The position numbers were made by a program, and so were the translations under genes. The notes below the pieces were generated by a model that was not told where the DNA came from, did not search any database, and was given only the letters and a program-made list of their open reading frames with translations. 64,000 bases of DNA from an uncultured bacterium. Its GTDB lineage: Bacteria > Caldisericota > JANLFM01. Positions 54,760-64,000 of this stretch are shown piece by piece; the stretch's first letter is position 1; each line of letters opens with the position of its first letter. Where the stretch lies: assembly GCA_964614945.1 (NCBI GenBank), contig CAZTNW010000002.1:145242-209241 (forward strand), written 5' to 3'.

Positions 54760-55953
54760 ATGAACCAGAGGCAATTCCTTTTTACTTCTGAATCCGTCAC
54801 CGAGGGGCACCCGGACAAGGTTGCGGATCAGATCTCCGACGCCATCCTCGACAGGATTTTAGAGGAAGACCCCTTCGCTCGCGTGGCCTGCGAGGTCATG
54901 GTGTCCACGGGCCTAGTTTTCGTCGCCGGAGAAATCACCACAACCGCCCGCGTGGATATGCCAGAGGTCGTTCGCAGCACTGTGCGGGAGATCGGTTACG
55001 ACCATGCCGCCCTTGGTTTCGATGCGAATACCTGCGCCGTGATGATCTCAATCGACAAGCAATCCCCCGATATTTCCCAGGGCGTGAGCCAGTCCAGGGA
55101 GGCAAAGGAGGGAATCGCGCGGGATCATTACGATGAGATCGGAGCGGGCGATTCCGGCATCGTGGTAGGCTACGCCTGCCGCGAAACCCCTCAGTTGATG
55201 CCCCTTCCCATCTCCCTGGCCCATCAGATCTCCCTCGCTTTAGCACAGGAACGGAAGAACAGGGACATTCCCTATCTCCGGCCGGACGGGAAAACCCAGA
55301 TTACGGTGGAGTACGCGGACGGAAAACCGCTGCGCCTTCACACCGTGATCATTTCCGCCCAGCATGACCCCGAGGTCTCCCGAAGCAGGATCGAGGCTGA
55401 CATTATCGAGCGGGTAGTTAAGAGGGTGCTTCCGCAAGGAATGCTTGACGGGAAGACGATCATTCACATAAACCCCACCGGTCGTTTCGTCGTGGGCGGC
55501 CCGGTAGGGGATGTCGGACTCACCGGGCGAAAGATAATCCTTGATACCTATGGCGGGAGGGCCACGCACGGAGGGGGCTGCTTCTCCGGCAAGGATCCCA
55601 CCAAGGTGGATCGCTCCGGAGCTTATATGGCTCGCTATATTGCCAAGAACGTGGTGGCGGCAGGCCTGGCCGACAGCTTCGAGATTCAGATCGCCTACGC
55701 TATCGGCGTGGCGCGCCCGGTCAGTGTTTTCATAAACAGCTTTGATTCGGCCAGAGTATCTGAGGAGCGGATCTATCAGGCGATCCTCGATACCTTCGAT
55801 ATGAGACCTCGTGCCATCATTGAACATCTCCAATTGCATCGCCCCATTTACAAAAAGACCGCTGCCTACGGGCATTTCGGACGGATTGATGTGGATTTCC
55901 CCTGGGAGCAAACAGACAGAACCAAAATTCTCCTTGAGGCTTTAGACAGGTGA
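54760..55953 (+). CDS. metK: S-adenosylmethionine synthase
   Basis: GHPDK and the GGGAFSGKD-like P-loop. AGGAGG RBS. Confidence 0.95.
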   Translation: MNQRQFLFTSESVTEGHPDKVADQISDAILDRILEEDPFARVACEVMVSTGLVFVAGEITTTARVDMPEVVRSTVREIGYDHAALGFDANTCAVMISIDKQSPDISQGVSQSREAKEGIARDHYDEIGAGDSGIVVGYACRETPQLMPLPISLAHQISLALAQERKNRDIPYLRPDGKTQITVEYADGKPLRLHTVIISAQHDPEVSRSRIEADIIERVVKRVLPQGMLDGKTIIHINPTGRFVVGGPVGDVGLTGRKIILDTYGGRATHGGGCFSGKDPTKVDRSGAYMARYIAKNVVAAGLADSFEIQIAYAIGVARPVSVFINSFDSARVSEERIYQAILDTFDMRPRAIIEHLQLHRPIYKKTAAYGHFGRIDVDFPWEQTDRTKILLEALDR

Positions 55954-57242
55954 TACCGGTCACGGCGCGCAACCTCAGAGAAGCGGCCGGCGAAGAGGTG
56001 GTTCTCGATGGCTGGATCCACAGGATTCGCGAGATGGGTGGCTTCGCCTTTCTGCTCGTGCGCGATGCCTGGGGGGTGGCCCAGGTCGTGGCTCCCCGGC
56101 CAGATATCGTCCGCTCGCTAATGCTCGAGAGCGCGGTGCGCGTTAAGGGAAAAGCGGTGATAGAACCCCGTTCCCCCCTGGGAGCGGAGATTCACCTCAC
56201 CTCCCTTGAGGTCCTTTCACCTGCCTTGGAGCTGCCCCCTTTCGAGTTGAACAAGAAAGAGCTTGAGGTTGGGCTCAGCTCTGCGCTTGATCACCGGGCG
56301 TTGAGCCTCAGACATCCGAAAGAACGCGCCATATTCCGTGTCCAGGCCGAACTGGTGGATGCTTTTCGTTTCTTCCTCCGTCAGGAGGGTTTCACCGAGA
56401 TATTTTCCCCCAAGATCGTGGCCTCCGGTACAGAGGGTGGCGCTTCTCTCTTTCCGGTGGATTACTTGGGAAAGAGGGCTTACCTGGCGCAGAGCCCGCA
56501 GTTTTACAAGCAGATGATGGTGGGGGTTTTCGGCCGTGTATTCGAGGTAGGAAAGGTTTATCGGGCTGAGCCGCATTACACCTCCCGGCACATAAATGAG
56601 TACCTGAGCCTGGATTACGAGATGGGCTTCATCAGCGACGAGCAGGATGTAATGAGGATGGAGATACGCCTCCTGGCATTCGTTCTCGCGCGCTTGCGAG
56701 ATCATTGTAGGGACGAGCTGGAGCTCCTCAAAGCACAGATTCCCGAGCTACGCGCGGAAATCCCGCAGATGACCATAGATAGCGCGAAGGAGCTCCTCGG
56801 AAAGAGATATGGAAAGGACCTGCAGGCCGAGGACGACCTAGATCCTGAATCGGAGAAGCTTTTGAGCGAGTACGCGACAAAGGAGCTGAATTCGGAGTTC
56901 CTATTCATCACCTCCTACCCGGTAGGCGTTCGTCCAATGTACGCCATGCCAGATAAGGACGATCCGGAGATCACGCATAGCTTCGATCTGCTTTTTCGGG
57001 GCTTGGAGGTCACGACCGGCGGGCAAAGAATTCATGATTATCAGATGCTCGTGAGAAATATCCGCCGCTTCGGCCTGAACCCCGACGACTTCGCCTATTA
57101 CCTGGAGCCATTTCGTTTTGGCCTTCCGCCGCACGGGGGACTGGCCATCGGGGCGGAGCGTCTGACAGCCAGACTTTTAAACCTGGAGAATATTCGTCAG
57201 GCCTGCCTCTTCCCCCGCGATGCGAATCGCCTGACCCCTTGA
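55950..57242 (+). CDS. aspS: Class IIb aminoacyl-tRNA ligase: aspartate--tRNA ligase (archaeal/type 2, probably non-discriminating) or asparagine--tRNA ligase
   Basis: OB anticodon-binding domain, class II motifs 1-3 and the terminal [10 protein letters not shown]. 430 aa. ATGA overlap with metK. Confidence 0.8.
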   Translation: MIPVTARNLREAAGEEVVLDGWIHRIREMGGFAFLLVRDAWGVAQVVAPRPDIVRSLMLESAVRVKGKAVIEPRSPLGAEIHLTSLEVLSPALELPPFELNKKELEVGLSSALDHRALSLRHPKERAIFRVQAELVDAFRFFLRQEGFTEIFSPKIVASGTEGGASLFPVDYLGKRAYLAQSPQFYKQMMVGVFGRVFEVGKVYRAEPHYTSRHINEYLSLDYEMGFISDEQDVMRMEIRLLAFVLARLRDHCRDELELLKAQIPELRAEIPQMTIDSAKELLGKRYGKDLQAEDDLDPESEKLLSEYATKELNSEFLFITSYPVGVRPMYAMPDKDDPEITHSFDLLFRGLEVTTGGQRIHDYQMLVRNIRRFGLNPDDFAYYLEPFRFGLPPHGGLAIGAERLTARLLNLENIRQACLFPRDANRLTP

Positions 57243-57292
57243 CTTGTGCCGGATCCTTATTCTCATTAGAATAGAAGAAAGGGGGGATAAGA

Positions 57293-57517
57293 ATGAAAGC
57301 GTACGTCTTGATTGACGCGGAGGTAGGGTCGATTCCGCATGTGCAAAAGGAACTGCTCTCCATGCCGGAGATCAGAATCGCTGATGTGGTCACCGGCCCC
57401 TACGACGTCATCGCTGTAGTGGAGACCGACGATCCCTCTGTTATGTCCAACCTTGTGACAGCCAAGATCCATCAGATTGAGGGTGTTGTCGCCACGATGA
57501 CCTGTATGGTCATGTAA
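57293..57517 (+). CDS. Stand-alone Lrp/AsnC-type RAM (ligand-binding) domain protein
   Basis: 74-aa ACT/RAM fold (YVLIDAEVGS...VTGPYDVIAVVE) with no HTH. Confidence 0.7.
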   Translation: MKAYVLIDAEVGSIPHVQKELLSMPEIRIADVVTGPYDVIAVVETDDPSVMSNLVTAKIHQIEGVVATMTCMVM

Positions 57518-58058
57518 CTTCCTGATCTTTCTCCAGGATGGGGCGTGCTTTCTGGATGGCTTCTTCCCAGTGCGGCCAGGATGTCCATCCGGTCTTGCAT
57601 AATTGAATTCTGTGTTCGTAGTCCTCTCCCACCCAGGATAGAAGGGCATAAAATCGCTTTCCCGGCATGCGCGAATTGAACTTTTCAAGCAGTTCTTCCG
57701 GTACCCTCAGGGAATTCAGGTAACGGGCGAAAGAACGTTCCACCATGCGCTGTAACTCTCCTTCGATCGTGCGCGTGCGGAAATTCATCCTCTTCTCATA
57801 GAGATAGTTCCTCAACTCACGAAAAAAGGGGCCAGGGCAGACGATGATCTGCTCCCGGCTTTTCAAGCGCAATCTACCCATCAAATCTTTGGCTACGTTC
57901 CTTGCCTTCAGCAGATATTCGCCGCGGCGAAAGGGCTCTCCCTGAAAGTAAGCGACCGGCACGATCCCTGAGACATACTCCCCGCTATCTCGCCGCAGGA
58001 TCCCTATGATCACCCCACCCACCGGGCAGCCCCATCCAGAATCGTCAACCTCGAGCAT
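57510..58058 (-). CDS. Hypothetical protein (182 aa; N-terminal DDSGWGCPVGG motif)
   Basis: ORF immediately downstream of the YibQ-like deacetylase on the same strand. No domain recognised. Confidence 0.45.
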   Translation of the reverse strand: MLEVDDSGWGCPVGGVIIGILRRDSGEYVSGIVPVAYFQGEPFRRGEYLLKARNVAKDLMGRLRLKSREQIIVCPGPFFRELRNYLYEKRMNFRTRTIEGELQRMVERSFARYLNSLRVPEELLEKFNSRMPGKRFYALLSWVGEDYEHRIQLCKTGWTSWPHWEEAIQKARPILEKDQEVT

Positions 58059-58070
58059 TTCTACTCCGAA

Positions 58071-59039
58071 TCAATCAGAGATCGATAAGAGCCGGGAGAT
58101 CGGTACAATCTTCACCCCCTCCGCCTGCCAGTTTTTGGCGGCCTCCTCGATCATAGCCGCCAGAGCTGGGCACTGTACGTGGGCGATGCCGATGGCGTAG
58201 CCCTTTCTCCGGGCGATCTGCTTCAGCTCTTCGAGGCGCTCGTGGACTGCCTCCGGGTGTTTCTCGTTGTCGAGGAAAATGTTGTTCTCGAGCACCTGCA
58301 CTCCCAGCTCATTCCCGATCTGCTCGGCCACGCTTTCCACAGTGACCTTGGAGTCGAGAAAGAACATCCCCCTCTCCTTGAGAAAACGGATAACGAAGCT
58401 CATTGTCTCCTGGCTACAGGTCGCTTTTGTCCCCATGTGATTGTTCACCCCGATCGCGCCGGGCACATCGTAGAGGTCGGCCTGGATTTGCTGATGCACC
58501 TCCTCCTCATTCATCGCGGTCATGACCGCTCCTGGTCCCAGCCAATGGTTCCCTCGGTGTGACTCCATCGGAAGATGCAGCAGTATTTCCTTTCCATGCT
58601 CCGCCGCCTCTCGGGAGATGTCGAGCGAATAAGCCAAGGAAGGGAGGACAGCCAGAGTCAGGGCTTGAGACGAGAGGATGACCTCCCTGGCCTCGGACAA
58701 ACTGTAACCGAGGTCATCAACCACGATGACCACCCAGACCTCATCCTCAGGAGAAAGCGAGGGAGTGGAGGATGGTGTGGGAGTTAAAGAGGGCATGGAG
58801 GTCGGCGAAAGAGTCAGGGGGGCGCTGGGGGTTAAAGCGGAGGTAGAGGGGGTGGGAGCAAACGGACTCAGTCCTCTGCCGATCAAACCGTCGAGCTCAA
58901 AGCCGGCGAAGGGGGGCGTGGCAGGCTCCAATAAGAACGCCAGCAGCACGGCCAGAATGAAGAGGCCGAGCGCATAAAGCAAATCCCAGGGTGGTCTGTT
59001 AATGATCCCCCAGTTTTTTCGGGAGCACTTTTCTCTCAT
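58071..59039 (-). CDS. Divergent polysaccharide deacetylase (YibQ-like), membrane-anchored with a Pro/Thr/Ser-rich linker
   Basis: N-terminal TM helix and a low-complexity PTS linker. Catalytic domain carries VIVVDDLGY and LHLPMES motifs typical of PF04748. Confidence 0.7.
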   Translation of the reverse strand: MREKCSRKNWGIINRPPWDLLYALGLFILAVLLAFLLEPATPPFAGFELDGLIGRGLSPFAPTPSTSALTPSAPLTLSPTSMPSLTPTPSSTPSLSPEDEVWVVIVVDDLGYSLSEAREVILSSQALTLAVLPSLAYSLDISREAAEHGKEILLHLPMESHRGNHWLGPGAVMTAMNEEEVHQQIQADLYDVPGAIGVNNHMGTKATCSQETMSFVIRFLKERGMFFLDSKVTVESVAEQIGNELGVQVLENNIFLDNEKHPEAVHERLEELKQIARRKGYAIGIAHVQCPALAAMIEEAAKNWQAEGVKIVPISRLLSISD

Positions 59040-59118
59040 TTCGCAACCCTTTGATCCTGCCTTTAGTCCAAATTATAGATGAGATTGCCTGAGAAAATCC
59101 CCCAATAGGTGATGAAAA

Positions 59119-60009
59119 ATGGAAAAGATCAGGATTGTGACGGATTCGACAGCTTATTTGTCTGAGAGCCTTCTGGCTCAACACCCGGAGATCACCGCCG
59201 TAATCCCTCTCTATGTTCGTTTCGGCGAGACGAGCTACCGCGAGGGGGTGGATTTGAGCACCGAGGACTTCTATAAGAAACTCGTCTCCTCCTCTCAGCT
59301 CCCCACTACCTCCCAGCCGTCGGCGGGCGATTTTAAGGAGATTTATCAACCTCTGCTTGAGCAGGGATACTCAATTATTTCCATCCACATCTCCGCCGAG
59401 CTTTCGGGAACAGTGGCTTCAGCCATCGCCGCCAGGGAAATGCTCGAGGGCAGGATTGAGGTCGTCGATTCCCGCTTCTCCGGCATGGGGTTGGGCTTCA
59501 TGGCTCTGGAGGCCGCGCGGGCTATCCGGGCCGGTAAAAGCATGGACGAAGTGCTTGCGTGGATAAAAGCCGTGCGGGATGGGATCTCCATTATTTTTCT
59601 TGTGGATACCTTGCATTACCTGCATAAGGGCGGACGCATCGGTGGAGCGCAAGCCCTTCTCGGCAGCCTGCTCAAGATCAAGCCCATACTCTACCTGCAC
59701 GAGGGACGGATTGAGCCACTGGAGAAAGTGCGCACGAGCCGCAGGGGTGTCGAGCGCCTGATCGAGATGATGGAGGAGATGAGGAACGAGCACCCGCAGG
59801 CGAAACTAAGGATGGCCGTTCATCACAGCGCCGCTCTCGAGAAAGGAGAAGAATTGGCCAAGGTCCTGAAGGACCGTTTCCAGCCGGAGGAAATTCATCT
59901 CTGCGAGTTGGGCGGGGTAATCGGTACCCACACTGGACCGGGCCTTCTGGCTTTCTGCGCTTTTTTCGAACAGGATGGCACAATCCTGCCCAAAAAACAG
60001 GGCAGGTAG
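59119..60009 (+). CDS. degV: DegV family fatty-acid-binding protein
   Basis: N-terminus IRIVTDSTAYL and the EDD-fold DegV architecture. Confidence 0.88.
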   Translation: MEKIRIVTDSTAYLSESLLAQHPEITAVIPLYVRFGETSYREGVDLSTEDFYKKLVSSSQLPTTSQPSAGDFKEIYQPLLEQGYSIISIHISAELSGTVASAIAAREMLEGRIEVVDSRFSGMGLGFMALEAARAIRAGKSMDEVLAWIKAVRDGISIIFLVDTLHYLHKGGRIGGAQALLGSLLKIKPILYLHEGRIEPLEKVRTSRRGVERLIEMMEEMRNEHPQAKLRMAVHHSAALEKGEELAKVLKDRFQPEEIHLCELGGVIGTHTGPGLLAFCAFFEQDGTILPKKQGR

Positions 60010-60010
60010 G

Positions 60011-61333
60011 TCAGGGGATTCGGATCAACCAGGGCGCGCTGCGATCCAGGTTCATTCCCCAGAGGGAGCTGGAAAAGAGACAGAGGAGGGACTCTGGTTT
60101 CTTCTCGAGCGGCATGAAAAATTCCACAAGGGGCCCCTCGCGTTTCAGCTGGCTTCCCTCAGGCAGGCTGGATAGGTCTTGGAAGACCAGCCTCTCTTTC
60201 CTCCCCTTGTAAATCAGGAAAATATCGACATCCAGGCGCGTATTCTGCGGGAAGTCACCCCGGCTCCTGATCTTCATCTTTATCCCCCTGTCCCAGGAAA
60301 AGCAGATGGAGGAGAGGTCCCCGTTAGGCATAATGGAACGCCAGAAAGTATCAGCGGTCGGTTCCTCTCCCACAGCCTCGCTTGAAAGCTCCAGGGGGTT
60401 TCCCCGGAGGAAGAGCTCGTTCTCTCTCAGGAAGGAGAGGAGGAAACCGCCCAGGAGATCCATCTGGCTTTGGTGGGCCAGAATTGCCTGCTCTTTCCTC
60501 ACCCGAGCTTCCTCACTCAGAGGATAGAGAAGCCACTCTTTCCCCGGGCCGAGGAGGGTATTTGGAGGGAAGAGAGGGGCATGGAACGCTTTTCCGTGCC
60601 TCCCCGGCCAGTTGCCGCGATGGGTCAGGTAGTAATAAAGCTGAGGATTAAAACCGTCCTGATCCAGGTGTATTTCCTCTAAGGCGAGCATGGTAAAGGC
60701 AGCGGTAGCCCTGTGGTCACTATGACTGTCAAAGGGGCAGGGAGCGAAGACGACAGTGGGTGAGAATTCCCGGATTGACTTTCTCAGATTATTCAGCAGA
60801 CTCTCTCCGGCGAAGGGGGCCTGCGGTTCGTAAGCGGTGATGTAAGGGCAACGATCGCTGTCCAGCTGGCGGGAATAAAGAGGGGTGCGGATATCCCAGT
60901 TTTTCTCCCAGAGAAAACGCAATCCCCCATCGGGGTAGGAGAGAAAGAAGAGGGTGAAGTCCTCAAGCCCCAGCGCCTCCAGGGCCCGCCGCGTTTCCGC
61001 CTGCCTTTTGTAGCCCAAGGAAATGTAATCGGCGGGTGAAAGGAGAAAATGCTGGCTCTCCTCTTCCACCGCCCATTGGTATGATTCCCCGTTCGTGAGA
61101 TAGAAGAAGGCGAAAGTGTTGTCGCTACCCGCAAGGTCGCTGAGCAGTCCTCCCCCCGCGAGCGCCTCGTCGTCGGGGTGAGGGAGAATGAAGAGAACGC
61201 GGGAGCCTTTGATGGGAGGCAATTCGCCAAACGCGCTGTTCTCTGGCCTCTCTCGCTCTATGGAAAAGGCGATCGCGAGAGCCGCCGCAATGAGGGCGAC
61301 CAGGACGAGCACCGGAATAGATCGTTTCTTCAT
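60011..61333 (-). CDS. PIG-L/LmbE family N-acetylglucosaminyl deacetylase with an N-terminal anchor and an extra ~200-aa C-terminal domain
   Basis: Signal/TM helix, then PHPDDEALAGGG zinc-binding motif and HSDH. The C-terminal half has no recognisable motif. Confidence 0.7.
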   Translation of the reverse strand: MKKRSIPVLVLVALIAAALAIAFSIERERPENSAFGELPPIKGSRVLFILPHPDDEALAGGGLLSDLAGSDNTFAFFYLTNGESYQWAVEEESQHFLLSPADYISLGYKRQAETRRALEALGLEDFTLFFLSYPDGGLRFLWEKNWDIRTPLYSRQLDSDRCPYITAYEPQAPFAGESLLNNLRKSIREFSPTVVFAPCPFDSHSDHRATAAFTMLALEEIHLDQDGFNPQLYYYLTHRGNWPGRHGKAFHAPLFPPNTLLGPGKEWLLYPLSEEARVRKEQAILAHQSQMDLLGGFLLSFLRENELFLRGNPLELSSEAVGEEPTADTFWRSIMPNGDLSSICFSWDRGIKMKIRSRGDFPQNTRLDVDIFLIYKGRKERLVFQDLSSLPEGSQLKREGPLVEFFMPLEKKPESLLCLFSSSLWGMNLDRSAPWLIRIP

Positions 61334-61394
61334 AAGGATATTTTATCTTTTTTTTCGAATCCGATATCATTTAGGAGGAAAGGAGGCCATCAGC

Positions 61395-62849
61395 ATGTCC
61401 TGGAGAGGAAAATTGGAAAAAATCGATTCCTTTCGTTTTCGCATTCCCAGGGATTACAAGGTAGGGATGCGAGTTCCAGGCATCATCTATGCTTCCGAGG
61501 AGTTATTGGGGGAGATTCTCTCCGAAGATGCGCCGGAGCAGGTGGCGAATGTCGCTTGCCTTCCCGGAATCGTTAAGGCCTCCCTGGCTATGCCGGACAT
61601 CCACTGGGGATATGGTTTCCCCATCGGGGGGGTGGCCGCCTTCGAGATGGAAAATGGAGTGATATCGCCCGGGGGCGTTGGCTACGACATCAATTGCGGT
61701 GTCCGCCTCCTGCGCACGAACCTGAAGGCGGAAGACCTCCGTCCAAGGCTGGATAATTTAATTTCCCGCATTTACACTAATGTCCCTTCCGGTGTGGGAT
61801 CTGAGGGGAAGATTCGTGTTTCGAAAAGTGAGATGGAGGGGCTCATGCGCAAGGGTGCCCGCTGGGCGGTGGAGAGAGGGTTTGGCCTGAGCTCGGATCT
61901 GGCGGCGATAGAATCGCGGGGGGAGATGAAGGGAGCCGATCCCGCCAGCGTTTCCTCCCGGGCCAGAGAACGCGGTTTCTCTCAGGTGGGAAGCCTGGGA
62001 GCGGGGAACCATTTTCTCGAGATTCAGATCGTGGAGGAGATATACGATGCGAGAGTGGCAGGGACCTTCGGCCTCCAGGAACCCGGCCAGATCACGATAC
62101 TCATTCATACCGGTTCACGCGGCTTCGGTCACCAGGTCTGCTCGGATTCGATCGAGGTGATGCTGCGGGCATCGAGAAAATACGGTATTCAGCTTCCAGA
62201 TAGGCAATTGGCCTGCGCCCCGATCAAATCGGAAGAGGGACAATCCTACCTTCAGGCCATGAAAGCGGCTGCCAATTTCGCCTGGGCGAATAGACAGTTG
62301 ATCACGCACTGGGTGCGGGAATCCTGTGAGGAGACTTTCGGACGTCCGAAGGAGGACCTGGGGTTGGAGATCGTCTATGATGTGGCGCACAATGTGGCCA
62401 AGATCGAGGAGCACGGTGTGGACGGACGGACGATGACCCTCTGTGTGCATCGCAAGGGAGCGACCAGGGCTTTCCCGACCGGACACCCAGATCTGCCGGA
62501 ATGCTATCGCTCTGTAGGCCAACCGGTGCTGATACCCGGCGACATGGGTCGCTGCTCTTACGTCCTCGTCGGTACCGAGAGGGCGATGGTCGAGACATTC
62601 GGCTCCACCTGTCACGGTGCGGGTAGAGTGAAGAGCAGGAGCGAGGCGAAGAGGGAGGTGAGGGCAGACGAACTAATCTCCCGCTTGAAGTCTAAAGGGA
62701 TTACCGTGACCGCCCACAGCCGCGGGACTCTCGTGGAGGAAGCCCCCGAAGCTTACAAGGACGTCACTCAGGTTGTAGACGCCGTAGCCGGGGCTCAAAT
62801 TTCAAAAAAGGTCGCAAAAATGCGCCCCTTAGGGGTTATCAAAGGGTGA
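61395..62849 (+). CDS. rtcB: RNA-splicing ligase RtcB
   Basis: Catalytic motifs DINCGVR, GNHF and HNVA-like. AGGAGG lies 9 nt before the internal ATG; the tracked ORF has a long spurious N-terminal extension. Confidence 0.9.
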   Translation: MSWRGKLEKIDSFRFRIPRDYKVGMRVPGIIYASEELLGEILSEDAPEQVANVACLPGIVKASLAMPDIHWGYGFPIGGVAAFEMENGVISPGGVGYDINCGVRLLRTNLKAEDLRPRLDNLISRIYTNVPSGVGSEGKIRVSKSEMEGLMRKGARWAVERGFGLSSDLAAIESRGEMKGADPASVSSRARERGFSQVGSLGAGNHFLEIQIVEEIYDARVAGTFGLQEPGQITILIHTGSRGFGHQVCSDSIEVMLRASRKYGIQLPDRQLACAPIKSEEGQSYLQAMKAAANFAWANRQLITHWVRESCEETFGRPKEDLGLEIVYDVAHNVAKIEEHGVDGRTMTLCVHRKGATRAFPTGHPDLPECYRSVGQPVLIPGDMGRCSYVLVGTERAMVETFGSTCHGAGRVKSRSEAKREVRADELISRLKSKGITVTAHSRGTLVEEAPEAYKDVTQVVDAVAGAQISKKVAKMRPLGVIKG

Positions 62850-62876
62850 AAGAGAATTGAGATTCGGAGGTCCAGC

Positions 62877-63158
62877 ATGATTGTAAGTTTCTGGCATTGG
62901 TTGATGATCGTGATTATTGGAGGATTGGTGGGGCTGGTTACCGGTTTTCTCACTACTAGGCAGGTTACGGGTGGGATCTGGCTTTTCGCATTCGTGGGGG
63001 TAGTCGGGGCTTTTCTCGTGGACTGGGTGGCCGGCACCATCCTCAGGCTCTACATCGATCTACCTGTTCTCTACCATCTCTGCCTGCTCTTGTGGATGCT
63101 GGCCGGATCTGTTCTCTTCACTCAGATCCTTAATCTCCTGGGAAAGCGGCCGACCTGA
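62877..63158 (+). CDS. GlsB/YeaQ/YmgE family membrane protein (transglycosylase-associated)
   Basis: 93 aa with three hydrophobic helices and IVIIGGLVGLVTG. Confidence 0.75.
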   Translation: MIVSFWHWLMIVIIGGLVGLVTGFLTTRQVTGGIWLFAFVGVVGAFLVDWVAGTILRLYIDLPVLYHLCLLLWMLAGSVLFTQILNLLGKRPT

Positions 63159-63230
63159 TCAGAACTGCTATCTTCTCCCCCGTTGATTCTTTGATTCTCT
63201 ATCTTTTTCTCTTGATTTGACCCTCGAGGT

Positions 63231-64000
63231 TCAATAGGCCTTGGCGAAGCAGGCGACATAGCGAGCCGGCTTCCCGCAGATAATGCAGGTGCGGGCTTGC
63301 GGTTCCTCCTCCAGCAGGCAGCGGATTGTGGCCGTTGTCTCCTCTTTAATCCTGTTCTCGCATTCTTCCGCCCCGCACCAGGGAGACACTAAGAAGCCTC
63401 GTTGTTCCTCCATGATGGACTCGAATTCCTGCCAGTTCTCCGTACGCCGGGTGTTAGCCTCTTGAAAGGCCTTAGCGCGTGCGAGGAGGGAGGTCTGTAC
63501 CTCGTCCAGCATCCCTGAAATGCGAGGAACCAGTTGCTCCCAGCCCACACTCTCTTTTTTTCGAGTGTCGCGGCGTACAAGCACGACCTGGTCCGAGCTC
63601 AGGTCGCGGGGACCTATTTCCATCCGCAGCGGCACCCCGCGTAGCTCCCACTCGCTGAATTTCCAGCCCGGGGTGTATTCGTCCCGGCTGTCCAGCTTGA
63701 CCCTCAGCCCTGCCCTTTCCAGATCCCCGGCCAGCTCTTCGGCTTTCTCGATGATTCTCGCCATTTCCTCCCCGTAAAAAATGGGCACAACCACGACCTG
63801 AATCGGGGCCACGCGCGGAGGAAGGATCAGGCCCGAATCATCCCCGTGCACCATCACCAGGCCGCCGATCAGCCGGGTGGAGACCCCCCAGGAGGTGGAC
63901 CAGGCGTATTTCTGCTCGCCGTCAGAATCGAGGAACTTGATGCCGAAGGCACGAGTGAAGTTCTGGCCGAAGTAGTGGGAAGTACCGCATTGCAGCGCAC
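63231..64000 (-). CDS. proS: Proline--tRNA ligase, archaeal/eukaryotic type; C-terminal part (5' end lies outside the window)
   Basis: Class IIa motif-3 region GGLVMVHGDDSGL and the C-terminal zinc-binding tail CIICGKPARYVACFAKAY. The frame stays open to the window edge. Confidence 0.85.
   Translation of the reverse strand, partial: ALQCGTSHYFGQNFTRAFGIKFLDSDGEQKYAWSTSWGVSTRLIGGLVMVHGDDSGLILPPRVAPIQVVVVPIFYGEEMARIIEKAEELAGDLERAGLRVKLDSRDEYTPGWKFSEWELRGVPLRMEIGPRDLSSDQVVLVRRDTRKKESVGWEQLVPRISGMLDEVQTSLLARAKAFQEANTRRTENWQEFESIMEEQRGFLVSPWCGAEECENRIKEETTATIRCLLEEEPQARTCIICGKPARYVACFAKAY

Noticed and set aside
63159-63230. Short repeated TTGATTCT / TTGATTTG motifs between the glsB-like and proS 3' ends.
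   Set aside because: Only 2-3 imperfect 8-mers in a convergent terminator region. There is too little evidence to call a regulatory repeat.

Overview
Origin-of-replication neighbourhood of a moderately GC-rich (~58-60%) bacterial chromosome with Firmicutes/Clostridia-like gene order. On the minus strand runs rpmH-rnpA-yidD-yidC-jag-mnmE-mnmG-rsmG-parA-parB plus a DUF4446 gene. On the plus strand runs dnaA-dnaN-recF-DUF721-gyrB, with an ABC-2 transporter pair inserted between rpmH and dnaA. The window is otherwise densely packed with housekeeping operons. These include a glycine-cleavage operon led by a phosphoribosyltransferase gene, a fabK-type FASII cluster (fabZ-fabH-fabK-fabD-acpP-fabF-fabG), a complete purE-to-purD purine operon, guaB, valS behind a T-box leader, folC, metK-aspS, two PFK paralogues, ndk, mgsA, degV and rtcB. 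There is also a sigma-54 two-component pair and several deacetylase families. I found no rRNA or tRNA genes, CRISPR arrays, IS or phage elements. I could not identify any convincing self-contained novel system. The items worth a second look are local gene-structure anomalies (two conserved genes, a PRTase and rnpA, lacking canonical start codons; a possible frameshift), an FmdB zinc-ribbon/membrane-protein operon of unknown function beside the sigma-54 regulator, and some uncharacterised proteins clustered with deacetylases. Every call is from reading the sequence and recognising motifs by eye; no searches were run.
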